Source: Phoronis australis
Lineage: Eukaryota > Animalia > Phoronida
Assembly: GCA_002633005.1 (NCBI GenBank)
Contig: NMRA01000174.1
Coordinates: forward strand, 576,853-640,852
Length of the DNA: 64,000 nucleotides
Reading direction: 5' to 3'
Made by a program: the position numbers and the translations under genes. This document shows, one piece after another, positions 52,944-64,000 of this stretch. Within the stretch, counting starts at the first letter, position 1. The number at the start of each line of letters is the position of its first letter. The notes under the pieces are model-generated. The model saw only the letters and a program-made list of their open reading frames with translations, ran no database searches and was not told the origin of the DNA.

Positions 52944-53335
52944 TTGCTGCAAGTTAAACACCACACAACAAACGTCAATAATTGCCGAGGCCTTTATGAT
53001 TTTCTCACCGCAGTTTGTGTCCACTGATGATGCACCCTACTTTAGACTGGAAGTCACCATTTTGGATTTTGTTTCACGTCACATGATTAAAGCTTCCTGT
53101 TTGTCAAGATAATTTTAAGGAAATCTTTTTAAATATAAATGAAACAGTTTTTTATTCTGATAATGGCAAATACGCTCACTGTCAAACATAAATTGATCAG
53201 AGTGAAACTACAAAATATAAATTCATCGCACTTCACTATTAATCAAATTTATCTTTTGAATAGTTTTCTCGATGACATATTTTCGTAATTTCTCATGCTC
53301 CCCCGAACATCGGAAGTTGGTTTGTTGACGGGAAT
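52944..53335. promoter_or_regulatory. Putative bidirectional promoter between LYSET (distal first exon, -) and PDCD2 (+)
   Basis: Minus-strand donors GTGAGT (52943) and GTGAGA (53008), YY1-like accattttg 53057-53065, M-box-type gtcacatga 53078-53086, ETS-like cttcctgt 53093-53100 and cggaagt 53311-53317. PDCD2 ATG is at 53336. Confidence 0.5.
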
Positions 53336-56300
53336 ATGGCAAAACACGTGGACGTGGATTTGGGATTTGCCGAAGAATGTGACGAGAAATGGAGGCTTTT
53401 ATGCCACTATTTTCCTAGCAAAATTGGTGGCAAGCCGGCATGGCTTTCACTGGATTCACTGCCGATGATGGATTCAATTTCTTGTAAAAACTGTGGCAAT
53501 CCATGCTTGTTTCTTGCTCAGATTTATTCGCCTGTGGAAGATCGAGAGGATTGTTTTCACAGAACCGTGTACATTTTTGTATGTCCAAAAGGCGATTGTT
53601 GTAAGCTCAACGATGCCAGAAACATTGTGGTTTTCAGGTCGCAACTGAAGAGAGAAAACAAATTTTACAGTACGGAACCGCCAAACGAAAACTATTTCGA
53701 TGAAAACGCAGACTATCCGCGTGTTGAGCAGTTCTGTGGAGTGTGTGTTGTTTGTGGTTGCCGTGGAGACAAGAAATGCTCTCAGTGTCACTCTGCTGTC
53801 TACTGCAGCAAACAGCATCAAGTGTTGCACTGGAAAAATGGACATAAACTAAAGTGTTCTTCATCTCCAGGTATATTTGTGAATAGCTGTCGTAATACCC
53901 CTGGGGGAGGGGCGGGGCTCTCCTGTTGGACGGATTAGTACGGGAAAATGAGTCGCAAACTCGGGAGGATATTTAATCCTCCCAGGTATTGTCGCAGACA
54001 TTTTGTCTATCCAGTCAGGTATCATCTTGGGTGAGAAATTTGCGACTCTTGAGGTATCAAAAAAATTGACAACTGCGGGCAGCCATGGTATTGTTTCAGG
54101 TAGCCTATTCACTTTTCTGGCTACTAAGGTCTAGATTTTGAATTGTGACTGTTCAGAGGTGTACTCCTATCTTTTATTTGGAGAGAACCCCTCGGTTGTC
54201 AAACAGAAATGTATGAAGGATTATGGGGAGGCCACTCATCTGCAGACGCAGTACAGTCAAGGGACCTATCCCTTCATTTTGTGAAGTGATTGGTTGGAAC
54301 AACCAATTACAAGTCTGGAGGCTTAGCTTAACATAAACTCACCAGGTGCGAAGTGACAAAATTCCCATATTGTCAAACAGTATCTGAGGTCATCAAATCA
54401 AGGAAACCCTGCATGAGAAGTTGCAAAAGTCCTGCTTGAACGGAAATTAAGAATGTCTCACGTTTTTGGTAACAACAAATTTCCCCCTCTCGCCAAATGT
54501 CCTGCACACACAGAAGCAAAGGATTAGCACACATTATGTATGCATGTCTCATAAAAAGCTAGGCCCATATGGAACACCTTGGATGTTTTCGGGGCCTCAA
54601 ATTATCCATCAGTAGTGTTTCACGTCTGCGCGAATGCGAACTTCATGGAGAACTGCAAAAGGATTTGGTAAACAAAATCATGGCTATCTGCCTGTCAGGT
54701 TTTGAGAGATGTCTGTGATGTCACCCTTAATATGTGGGCTGTCTCCTGAGCTACTGTTATTTTGCATTTTAGTCCATTATCACGAGTGTGCTGGCGCATT
54801 CGTAGGCACTCTCCATTTTGACTATCACTTGAGTTTCTCTTCTGATATTGAGGTGACACATGAGCAGATATGAAACACCTCCACAGGATAATTTGAGGCT
54901 AAGAAAGTACCCGAGGTGTTTCGGATAAAAATGCCCTCTAGATTTTTTCCGTAGGTTTCCGAGTCTCATCTACGTACTTCCTGTTCTATTTTGAGTGCGT
55001 GCTCTTTTGTGTTCATGTTGACTTGTGATTTTTACTAATCAGGTCACCAAACAAAACCTGAGGTCATAGTGGTGACCTGCAAGTCACCAAATAGAGCCCC
55101 GAATTATTGTAAGTTTGATTACACGGTTGAATACCTGAATTCTGTTTCTGACTTGCCTTGTTGGATCATGGCCGTGACGATGAAGGGTTACCACAAATGT
55201 ATGTCCTGTGTAGAGAATAGTGGTGTCATAATTTATAGTTAATGATCCTTGTTCAGTGACATGATCACAAAATGAACAACACTACCAAGAACATTTCTGG
55301 TTGTCACATCACTCACATGTGCTTCTGTAAGTACGTGCTTCGCTAAGGTTTTCCCAGAGGAGCACCACTGCACTTGTACAAGGGGTGTTTGTGGTCATCA
55401 GCCTCAGTTAGTTGTGTGGAGACAGTCCCGCCGACAGGCGTCCTCAGCTTCTGATCGTCCACAATACACTATATATAATACTACAAGGTATCACACTCCC
55501 GACTAGAAATTCCATGGGTGCTTCACTTTAACTGTCCATAGCAAACACAAAACTCAATAAATTTACACAAAATAGAGGTTCAACAAACCATGAGGAATTG
55601 TTCTTTCTCCCGACAACATTCACGGTGTCCTGCTTCACCCAGTTTGCAAGAAATTTGCGGTCAAAGCACAAAAATCTTTCAAAAGCCCGTCCAGAGAAAC
55701 TCCTTTGTAAATCGAAGGTCAAGGACGATTATTACGGAATTACCCAATGAGTTATCGATGAACGGCAGTTGCCGATTTGTCACGGAAAGTCACGAAATCG
55801 TGACAATCGGCAATTGCCGTTTATCCGTAACTCATCGGATAATTTCGTATCGTCCTTGACCTTCGATTTACAAACTTAAGGAGTTTTTCTGGACAAGCTT
55901 TTTGGGAAGATTTTTGTGCTTTGACCGCGAAGTTCTTGCGAACTGGGTGAAACAGGACACCTTGAATGTTGTTGGGAGAAAGAACAATTCCTCATGGTTT
56001 GTTGAACCTCTGTTTTGTGTAAATTTAAATTGAGTTTTGTGTTTGCTATGAACGACTGAAGTGAAGCACCTGTGGAATTTCTAGCCGGGAGTGTCATACC
56101 TTGTAGTATTATATAGTGTATTGGGGACGATCAGAAGCTGAGGACTCCTTTGGTCCCACCAAGCCCAATTGTTGCATTTCAACAGTCACTTTTACGAGAC
56201 GAGAAGATTTAGTACTCAGTAGAGTTAAACTTGCAGGATACCTAACTGAACCAGGTGGTCACCTTTGCATTGCCACAGGACATTGCTCCATGTTCTTAAA

Positions 56301-59300
56301 CCAGGAAGGTTGTTGTATTTATAATCTTTGCTGGCAAATATTTCTTGTGGTAGATATAGTAGCATGACCATTTTCATTGGTAAAACTTCTTATATACATG
56401 TCTGTGTCCAGACCTTGTCTTATTGGTCAGTCTTTATAGTCACTGGACCAGTTGAAATGGGGGACCTGTCCATCCTCAATACAGTCGAGGCTTTCTAATT
56501 TTGTGTTGGTTTGAGAGATTTCCAAAGTTCAACTCCCTGTAATGACATATACCGTATCCTTCTTAATAATCCTTATGGTTGATTTGTTCAATAACAAATA
56601 GTCACATGTGTCGAATAGAGATTATACTTAAAAGGATACCAAACCCTGGCGTATTGTAATTTATTAAAAACGACTTTCCCATCCAGTTCTCTGAAACAAA
56701 ATATTGGTCTGTAACCCTCCACAGCCCTCGAAAGTTGAGCAAAATTTAAAAACTCAAAGTTTGCTGAACAGCCAAGCATGACCTACGCTTTAGGTGCGCT
56801 ACATGGCAACTGTAGGGAAAGACAACTTACCAAGAACCATAATATCTACTCTGTGACACGGACAGTAGGAGTTTTTAGTTGGTTTCTGCCTTTATCTTTC
56901 AAGATTGATGCCAATTGCATTAGGGAGTATTGGTTGAAATCACCAAAATAGGGTTTGGTATAATCCTAAACATATTTTTTCATGTAATAATAATTCAACT
57001 GCGATACTCTGTTAGTGATACTTTGGTAGCATCATTTCCAAAACCAGTTTTCGTACTAATGGTCGTCTGATATTAGTGAACAATGCAAATGACAGGAAAA
57101 ATACCCCAACGATGTTGTATGGGATTGGAAATGATACTCCACAACTCTGTTCCCACGAATATTTAAATTTATTGTCCGAGTTCCATTCGTTGCTGTGACT
57201 TGCATTCCTTCTCTTCAGTGTTAAAATGTTCAAAAGTTTTCTTTTTGATTTCAGGCGATGCTTCTGAGGCATCTGAAAAATTGCTTTTCCCAGAGTATGA
57301 GATTGTTATAGAACCAGAGAAAGAAGTACCTCAAAGTGAATCCAAAAGTGAAGAACAGAAAATGGAAGGTAGCTACAAGAACTGTAGTTAATTCTTCATG
57401 GTTTTGCTCAATGAAAATAAACAATTCAGTTTTCCAGACAGTATACAAATCATACGATGAACACTATCTTGTTATCATAAACAAACTTCTAATGAATGGT
57501 TTGTTTCATGGTTGCACTCCGTTTCAGGCTTGTGACATTCACAAACTGCGAATGAATATCTTTCTTTTGGGACAGGGAATCTCCAATGTGATCTGTGATG
57601 TCCTCATGGCTACAGTGTAATTACTTGTAATGTCAAAGCAGAATGTTCATTGCCACTCTTATGAATAAATTAATGTTAACCTATACTGTCGAGTTATTGT
57701 ATGACCGCATACATTATTTCTTTATAAGCGTGAGCCACTCAATCGAAAGAGTGAGTTACAGAGTTTGTCTGGTTCTGGGTACATCAGGCTTATGTGATTT
57801 TCATTGAATTAACGAATAATGTAAAACATAGACCACTAGACTTATCCAACTGAAGTAAGGCAAAATTCGACTTGTCTGAAGGACATTTTTCACAAACTAG
57901 AACAGCTGTATCAGTGGACTTAGTGCAAGTTTCATTAAAATTTGACTCATGCATGTCCAACTTGTGTGGGTTTTATTGTCACTGAATGAAAACAAAATGA
58001 CATTCAACGAATTGCTTGTTTACAGTTTTGCTTGAAGCTCTATCCTTTCTTGCTTAATGTTCGCTTTTAAGTAAATTTTTGTCGTGGCGTCTGATTTCAG
58101 AATACAAAGAATATATGTCAAAAGTCAAAGATCAAGATGAACTGTCCACTTCAGAACTAGACTCAATGGCTGTGAAGGATACAAAAGCTGATGAGGCATT
58201 TGAAAATTTCAAGCAGAGAATTAGTCATGAACCAGAACAGGTATGCTTTTATGACTTGCTGACAAATTTGTTTTGTGGTGTGTGGCATCAAAACCGCTCT
58301 GTGTTGGAGAACCAGGCAGAAGGTTTAAAAGTAAATGTTGGCTTCTCTGATGTGTATTAACAATCTTTTACCATTTTTTGTTATGATGAATCGTTGAAAT
58401 TCACCTCCATTAAATTTCTGGTATAGGTGTCTTGTACCTCAAATGAACGAAACTTTTTTAGCAATTACTTTGTGGGTTTCTGTGGAATAGGAAGCACAAA
58501 TTCCGTGTTCCTTGTATGCCGTATCACATCACCAGGTTGAGCAGTGAATTAAACATCGATGTTCTGTTATTATTTGTCGAATGTTTCAATTTTAAGCTTT
58601 TCTGGTTTATGTTACATATCTGCTAGATCCTTTGCCTTTAAATTCCTGAAATTGTAAGAACCACTTCTCAATGCTTGATCCTTTATAATGTATTTCTTTT
58701 TGTTTTGCAGATAATCCGCTACGAACGTAATGGCACTCCTCTGTGGGTTTCAAGTGATAACATACCGAGGTCGGAAGACATACCAAAGTGCTTGTGTGGT
58801 GCACCACGACAGTTTGAGTTTCAGGTTTACAGTTACTAATGTTGATAGCTTGTTTGTAACTATTTTTTTGCATGACATATGTCTTAGACTTGTAGTAGAT
58901 GAATCAGGTGTAAAAATTGTGAACTAAGCTTCCATTTTAAGCGTCTTCATACTCCTCCTGGTGCATGTTGCTATAATCTCTGGGATTTTCATGAAATTTG
59001 ATATATCTATTTCTGTCATGCAGAGGATTTGCTCTGCCAACTTTTGAAGGGCTGCGACTACTCCTATGCCCCCTAGTGGCGTTGTTTGCATTTGTTTTTA
59101 ATAGTGCTAAGTCTCAACAGATGTTTACAAAACCTGGTAGATATGTTTGTATCAAGGAGGGATGTCATCTGACAATTTTCGGACTGTTCTGTGATGTTGT
59201 ATGCCCCTAGTGGCTCCTTAAATATTTTGTCCGTTTTTGGCATCATCAGAGAGGTGTATGGCTGGAATGCACCAGCACCAGTTGACTTCCAATTTGTGAA

Positions 59301-60071
59301 GTTGTAGTGCCCAATGAACACCCCTAGCATCATACCGTGGTACAGTCATGAGTGCATTTCAACACTTTGGGGATGTATGGAACTGGAAAAGCTGCTATTG
59401 CAACTTTTGGAATATCAGTCTTTGGAGGAGGCCTGTGCTTTTACAACTAGGGACTCAACTAAGTTCCCTAAATGTACTGCATATTTGTGGACTTTTGAAA
59501 ACATTGATTTCCTTATGCTGTTTTGTGTTTCATTACCAAGTCACGTATTGGTTTTGATACAAATCGAGAGTGAACTTGACGTTGAATTCTCAATATTATC
59601 GAAAATAAATAGGGATCTTTTCATGCAACGCCCCTAATTTAGGGACTCCATCCCTATTTATTTTCATTGGATTCAGGGCTCAGTTTTTAGTTTTAATCTA
59701 ATGAAGCTGAATTGACAGAAAAAGATTACATCTGTCTGTAAAGCAGGACACAAATAGGCAAAAGATATAAGTAACTTAGTTGAGCCCCTATTTGGGACTG
59801 TTTCACGCAACCGGCACAGCAGTGTCAAGAGATTTATAACCTGAAGCTGTACTCGCTTGAATTATGTTCCATTTAGTCCTCTAGGCATGTGAAAATCTGG
59901 ATACAAACAAGCTTATCGTTACAGGTCTTACCGCAGTTGCTGACATATCTTGATGTTGACAAGACAGCGAACAGCATAGACTGGGGTACATTGGCTGTGT
60001 ACACGTGTTCGGTTAACTGTAACACTTCGAACTATGTCCAGGAATTTGTGTGGAAACAAGATTTCTCCTAA
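53336..60071 (+). CDS. PDCD2: Programmed cell death protein 2 (PDCD2/Zfrp8; MYND finger plus PDCD2_C), 349 aa
   Basis: Exons 53336-53870, 57255-57368, 58101-58240, 58711-58824, 59925-60071 splice to 1050 nt in frame. Motifs: VDLGFAE, FPSKIGGKPAWL, FHRTVYIFVC, MYND CVVCGCRGDKKCSQCHSAVYCSKQHQVLHWKNGHKLKC, RQFEFQVLPQLL, IDWGTLAVYTC, YVQEFVWKQD. Confidence 0.96.
53898..54195. mobile_element. ~300-bp MITE-like insertion just inside PDCD2 intron 1
   Basis: Left cccctgggggaggggcggggctctcc, right ggagagaacccctcgg (inverted). Confidence 0.4.
55440..56145. repeat. Long inverted repeat / foldback element (arms ~345 bp, ~14-nt loop)
   Basis: 55440-55784 is the reverse complement of 55799-56145 at roughly 90% identity by eye (gtcctcagcttctgatcgtcc ... 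ggacgatcagaagctgaggac). Confidence 0.95.
59433..59819. mobile_element. MITE copy 2 (same family as 18659-19089; left TIR partly deleted)
   Basis: Shares ggactcaactaagtt, gaattctcaatattat, gggatcttttc, agggctcagttttt and ccctatttgggactgtttca...gcaac.ggcacag with copy 1. Confidence 0.8.
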
Positions 60072-60522
60072 ACTATGTCCCATAATTTGCCTCAGAAGTC
60101 TACCTTGGACAGTCAAGACATCACTTATTCACAGGAGGAAAAATCTTACAAGCGCAGAATCTAAGGATTGTCAAGTTGTAAGCTACTGATGACAGGATCT
60201 AAATTGCGTTAATGAAGAAATGCCATTATCTGAGTAGATTGAGAACCGATTATCAGTATGAGGCATCTGTGATATGTGGGTATCATAGCTACACGAATGC
60301 ATGCATTTCTGTCAGGACTATTTGAACCATCAAGTAAATTCTGAGCTTCTCATCAGAGACAAGTGAATTGTATTATTGACATCACGTGACTCAGAAACAT
60401 AAGTGATAATTATGAGAGATTCTCAAATTTGTTATAGTGTAAAATTTAAGGAACTCCCCTGTTCAAAGTTAACTCTCAATGAAAGTTCATTAATTTCCAA
60501 GGTCCATGTTGAGTGTATAAAA

Positions 60523-60531
60523 TTTATTAAA
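60523..60531. terminator. Overlapping poly(A) signals: ATTAAA (+, PDCD2) and AATAAA (-, unknown gene)
   Basis: TTTATTAAA lies between the two convergent stop codons. TGTA is upstream on + (60514) and several TGTA are upstream on - (TACA on + at 60537-60590). Confidence 0.45.
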
Positions 60532-60688
60532 CATGATACATTGTATTTACATGAAATACAACAAGTATGTACAATAGTTTACATGTTACAGGCTCACTTT
60601 ATTACACTGTTTGACCTTTGAACTCAGAGCAATTCTATCTCAATTTATGACTATAGCGGTCTCATCCCTGTACAGCTGCAGATCTGTT

Positions 60689-63526
60689 TTATGAACTCTT
60701 CTGTTCTTCTGTCTCCATCTTTTCTTTGGCTTTCAGTTCCCTGAAAATAAACATTGACAGCTATTACATTAAGATTCATGTGAAACCCAAAGTACAGGAC
60801 TTATATAGACTAAAGCCCTGTCTAATACAAGTTTTGTTCAGGATGTCGTTTACAAAGATTGTACATGACCAATCGGGATTGTGTGTGACCAGGGGTTCCA
60901 ACATCACTTGTGCTGATGATGACTAATAGCTCTTCAACACTTCCATATGTGACTGGAGGTCCATTTAGACAATGGAAATAATTTTGCACCATGATGTGGC
61001 AAGGTGGTTTGAGGCATATTTTGAGCGGTTGAGTAACATGGTTTAAAGCTTGCTAGTGAGCCTGCACAAAATGTCACTTTAATAGTGAACTTTCATATTG
61101 ACGCTCTCTAGAGTATTGAGAGCAAGAAAGCGACTTCCACTTCATCCTGACTGGGACAGAAATTCACTATTACATAGTGGTTCGTTAACTTATAAACATG
61201 GACAAATCCTACTATGAACCCCTCCTATTGTTTGATCAGCTTAAATTCACAAATTTTAGTTTTTTGACATTGGCTGAGATCAAAATTCTGTCGCAGCCAC
61301 TGACTATGTAGCCGCAGATTCTTCTTCAAAGTGTGTGGGATGTCCTTCATCCATGAATATTTCACAAGGTTTGCCTCTTTCCATGAGCCATTAGTACATC
61401 CCACTGTACATCAGTGAAAATTTGCCAGCATTGTAAAAGAGGGAAAGGTGTTAAAACGCTATTTATACCTGTCCAGTAGGTTGAAACCCACCCTCTGCAT
61501 TACATGGGATCTGCCAGTGCCACTGAACGCCTGTCCACTAAAGACCTGAACGCTCTTTGTCGGGATAGTGAATTTCAATATGGCATGGCTTACGAAAATC
61601 CCCTATTAACGATGACCATAAAACTGGTTGGAAAAAAGAATGAAAATTTCACATTTTTTACACGGTTGATAAGAAGGAGACTTCTTGGTTGAGAAGCAAT
61701 TATTAAATCAAGAAATTATAGATGACGTAACAACATATATTTTACAAAGATTAAGTAAACGTAGCCTTAGGGTAAAGAAATGAAAACCATAACCAGGCTG
61801 TGGTACGTACCCTCCTTTCTCTTCATCATCACTATCACTGTCCACACCAGGGTGCTCTTCCATCTTGACATGTTCTACTTTTGGCTCTCTGTAAACGGAC
61901 AAAAGTCAATGCCAGAATTACACTCACGCATAATGGAAAAAATTTGACTTAAAAAACAAATTATTAATTGTAAAGATGAGCAGAAACATACCAGACCTTT
62001 GTATTGAATGAAAACAGACACAAGATCAGTGATTGGCTGCACTTAACTGACTGTTGGTTTCACCAGGTTAAGACGTTTGATTGATTTTTAAGACGGAAGT
62101 TGCCGTCAAGAATCAGTCAGATGTCTTGGCCAGTTGACTTGGTGGAACTGGGGAAGTTGGTCAAATGTAGCCATTTTCTGTACAAGTGGTGACTTGACAA
62201 GTTTCAAACTTGAATATTAAGGGAAACTTGCCACCATCTAGTGAGCCCAGACAGCTGTGGAAGGCAAAGGGGGTTGTGTCACAAGTCAAACCGTTGAAGT
62301 ATTAATCACTGCATGTAAGTGCAAATTGCAAATTAGGCCATTTTATCAAAGGTCATAAGATGGTGGAAGGCACATCATTATGAAGGAAACACTGAAATCT
62401 TTGTAAAAGCGACACATTATCAACAGACTTAATTTCGACGGTAGTTCACATCCAAGTTCAACGCCCATCTTCATAAACCACATTAATTAACTGTTTAACA
62501 GTAACAGTTCAAGACATGAATCTTACACAAGGTTAGGTGTACGGCCTCGATAAAATAGTACAAAACTTACAAATCAACACGTAAACCCATTCTCCCATTT
62601 TTACCACATACAGTAGTTTTTAAAGACAAAATTCTGTTGCAGACTCTGCCAAACTATGACGGACTTCTTGTCATAATTATTTGGCAGTTCAGTCAAACTT
62701 TTGTCGAAATTTTGTTAGAGTTTAATGAGATATTACTACGCCTAGCTGCTTATTGTTAATTTGTGAATGGACTAGCACAGTATGTTGTTAAATTTCAAAA
62801 TTGTCCAATATATTATGAAAACTGTATACTAAAAAAGATTTCTTGCACATTTTCATACAATTTTGATAAACTACTTTGTGGTGTCTTAGCATAACATCTG
62901 TAAGTATAACAAATATAAATTAATGAACATTGTGCACACCACGTTGAAAAGCACACTCTGGAACAATACTTAAGTCAGCTATAAGACGCTACTTACTTGG
63001 TCATCTCCTTGCTGGAAGGGTCCTCTACCTCGTTCTGAATGTACACTACTTCCTGTTGAGACTGTGATTCTGGCTCCACTTTTTTGACAGGCTGCTGCTT
63101 AGCAGGAGGTTCCCGTAATCGGTGAGGTTTGAGTTGTGCCTAAAAAGCATTAGATCACGAATTCAGAAAAAACTTTAACAATAAAGAATGTTAAACACTT
63201 CAAATTAATTTTCGTGACTGTACAACATGCACTTTTGAGTTATAAGCCAGTAATTAACCGCAATAAACATCAAAAAAGACATGTTACTAACAACAGGAAC
63301 ATTCTGTTCAAAACAATAATCACAGAACACTCAACACAAAAACTGGGATCTCCTGACCTGCTGATTTGTGACTCATGTAAATATAAGTCAACAAAACTGA
63401 ATGTTCTCTTACCCCTCTCTGCTTCATGATTTGTTGAACCTTGTTCTTGTAGAAATCAAAGACAAATGAGGCCATGTGAGGCATGTCTTCAATGATAAAT
63501 GGCTGACATGTGGGGCGCTGGTTAGC
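60689..63526 (-). CDS. 3' end of an unidentified protein-coding gene (continues beyond the window)
   Basis: Exons 63526-63413, 63139-62997, 61888-61811, 60740-60689 have canonical GT-AG sites and matching phases (0,2,2). Translation: ANQRPTCQPFIIEDMPHMASFVFDFYKNKVQQIMKQRG-AQLKPHRLREPP...EMTK-EPKVEHVKMEEHPGVDSDSDDEEKGG-ELKAKEKMETEEQKSS*. Confidence 0.75.
62054..62151. repeat. ~100-bp hairpin / miniature inverted repeat
   Basis: ttggtttcaccaggttaa pairs with ttgacttggtggaactgg; gacgtttgattgattttt with aagaatcagtcagatgtc; gacgg with ccgtc. Confidence 0.75.
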
Positions 63527-63769
63527 CTGAAATACATAGGAATGATTACAGTATTTGAAGCCTCAATTCACCAACCTCAATTTTTGGTGTCTTAAGTCAT
63601 GAATCAAACCACCCACGGACATAAATTTGATCTCGACCTGCAACTTCCATTGGAAAGCTATATCGCCCTTACAATCTCATAAATGATTACTGAAGATTAA
63701 CTGCTGGGTAAATTGAAATTTGTTGGATGTCATCTCGCTCACATCCATGGCCGTCGGCTTAATGGGAAA

Positions 63770-64000
63770 TACGGTAAAGTCGCGTGATTTTCGGACGGCC
63801 CGCCATTTTCGACCAAGAATAAATATTTCCGAAATGAGTTTTTCATAGTCCACGAAATTCGTACAAGGTCAAAAAATGTTTTTCAACGATCCTCAAATTT
63901 CGGACAATGTCATAAACGTCGGATTTTTGTCCCGCGACTTTCGGACAAGGAAAATTTTTAGAAACGGTAATTTGGGATCGACGCAACTCCCGTGTCACTA
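63770..64000. mobile_element. Probable start of a young TA-flanked DNA element with subterminal repeats (runs off the window)
   Basis: ta|cggtaaagtcgcg start, repeated tttcggac (~63789, ~63898, ~63939), and an abrupt rise in CpG. The other end is not visible. Confidence 0.45.

Noticed and set aside
54380-54970. GC-richer, coding-looking stretch in PDCD2 intron 1
   Set aside because: All frames examined are interrupted and I recognise no motif, so neither a nested gene nor a pseudogene can be supported without a search.
55528-56097. Similar ORFs on opposite strands (MRNCSFS...)
   Set aside because: This is a consequence of the inverted repeat. No recognisable domain.
60381-60390. CLEAR-like ATCACGTGAC
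   Set aside because: It lies in the PDCD2 3' UTR, far from any visible promoter. Likely chance.

Overview
Intron-rich, AT-rich animal genomic DNA, most likely a marine invertebrate; nothing here is prokaryotic. Four protein-coding genes are visible. (1) The 3' part of an axonemal dynein heavy chain on + (650-38861): 42 GT-AG exons splice into one open frame of 8385 nt, covering AAA2 to the C-terminus, and the AAA3/AAA4 motifs point to DNAH14. (2) LYSET/TMEM251 on - (CDS 43419-42964), with probable non-coding first exons near 52.1 and 52.9 kb. (3) PDCD2 on + (53336-60071, 5 exons, 349 aa). (4) The last four exons of an unidentified gene on - (63526-60689). The most interesting signals are a cluster of frame-preserving microexons in the dynein AAA3 insertion, twin E-box/YY1 promoter modules between LYSET and PDCD2, a ~700-bp foldback in PDCD2 intron 1, a hairpin whose mismatches are all G-U, and an overlapping bidirectional poly(A) signal. 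Introns hold several MITEs, LINE/SINE remnants and tandem repeats. A 1.7-kb duplication around an N gap is probably an assembly artefact. All family assignments rest on motif recognition; no database search was run.
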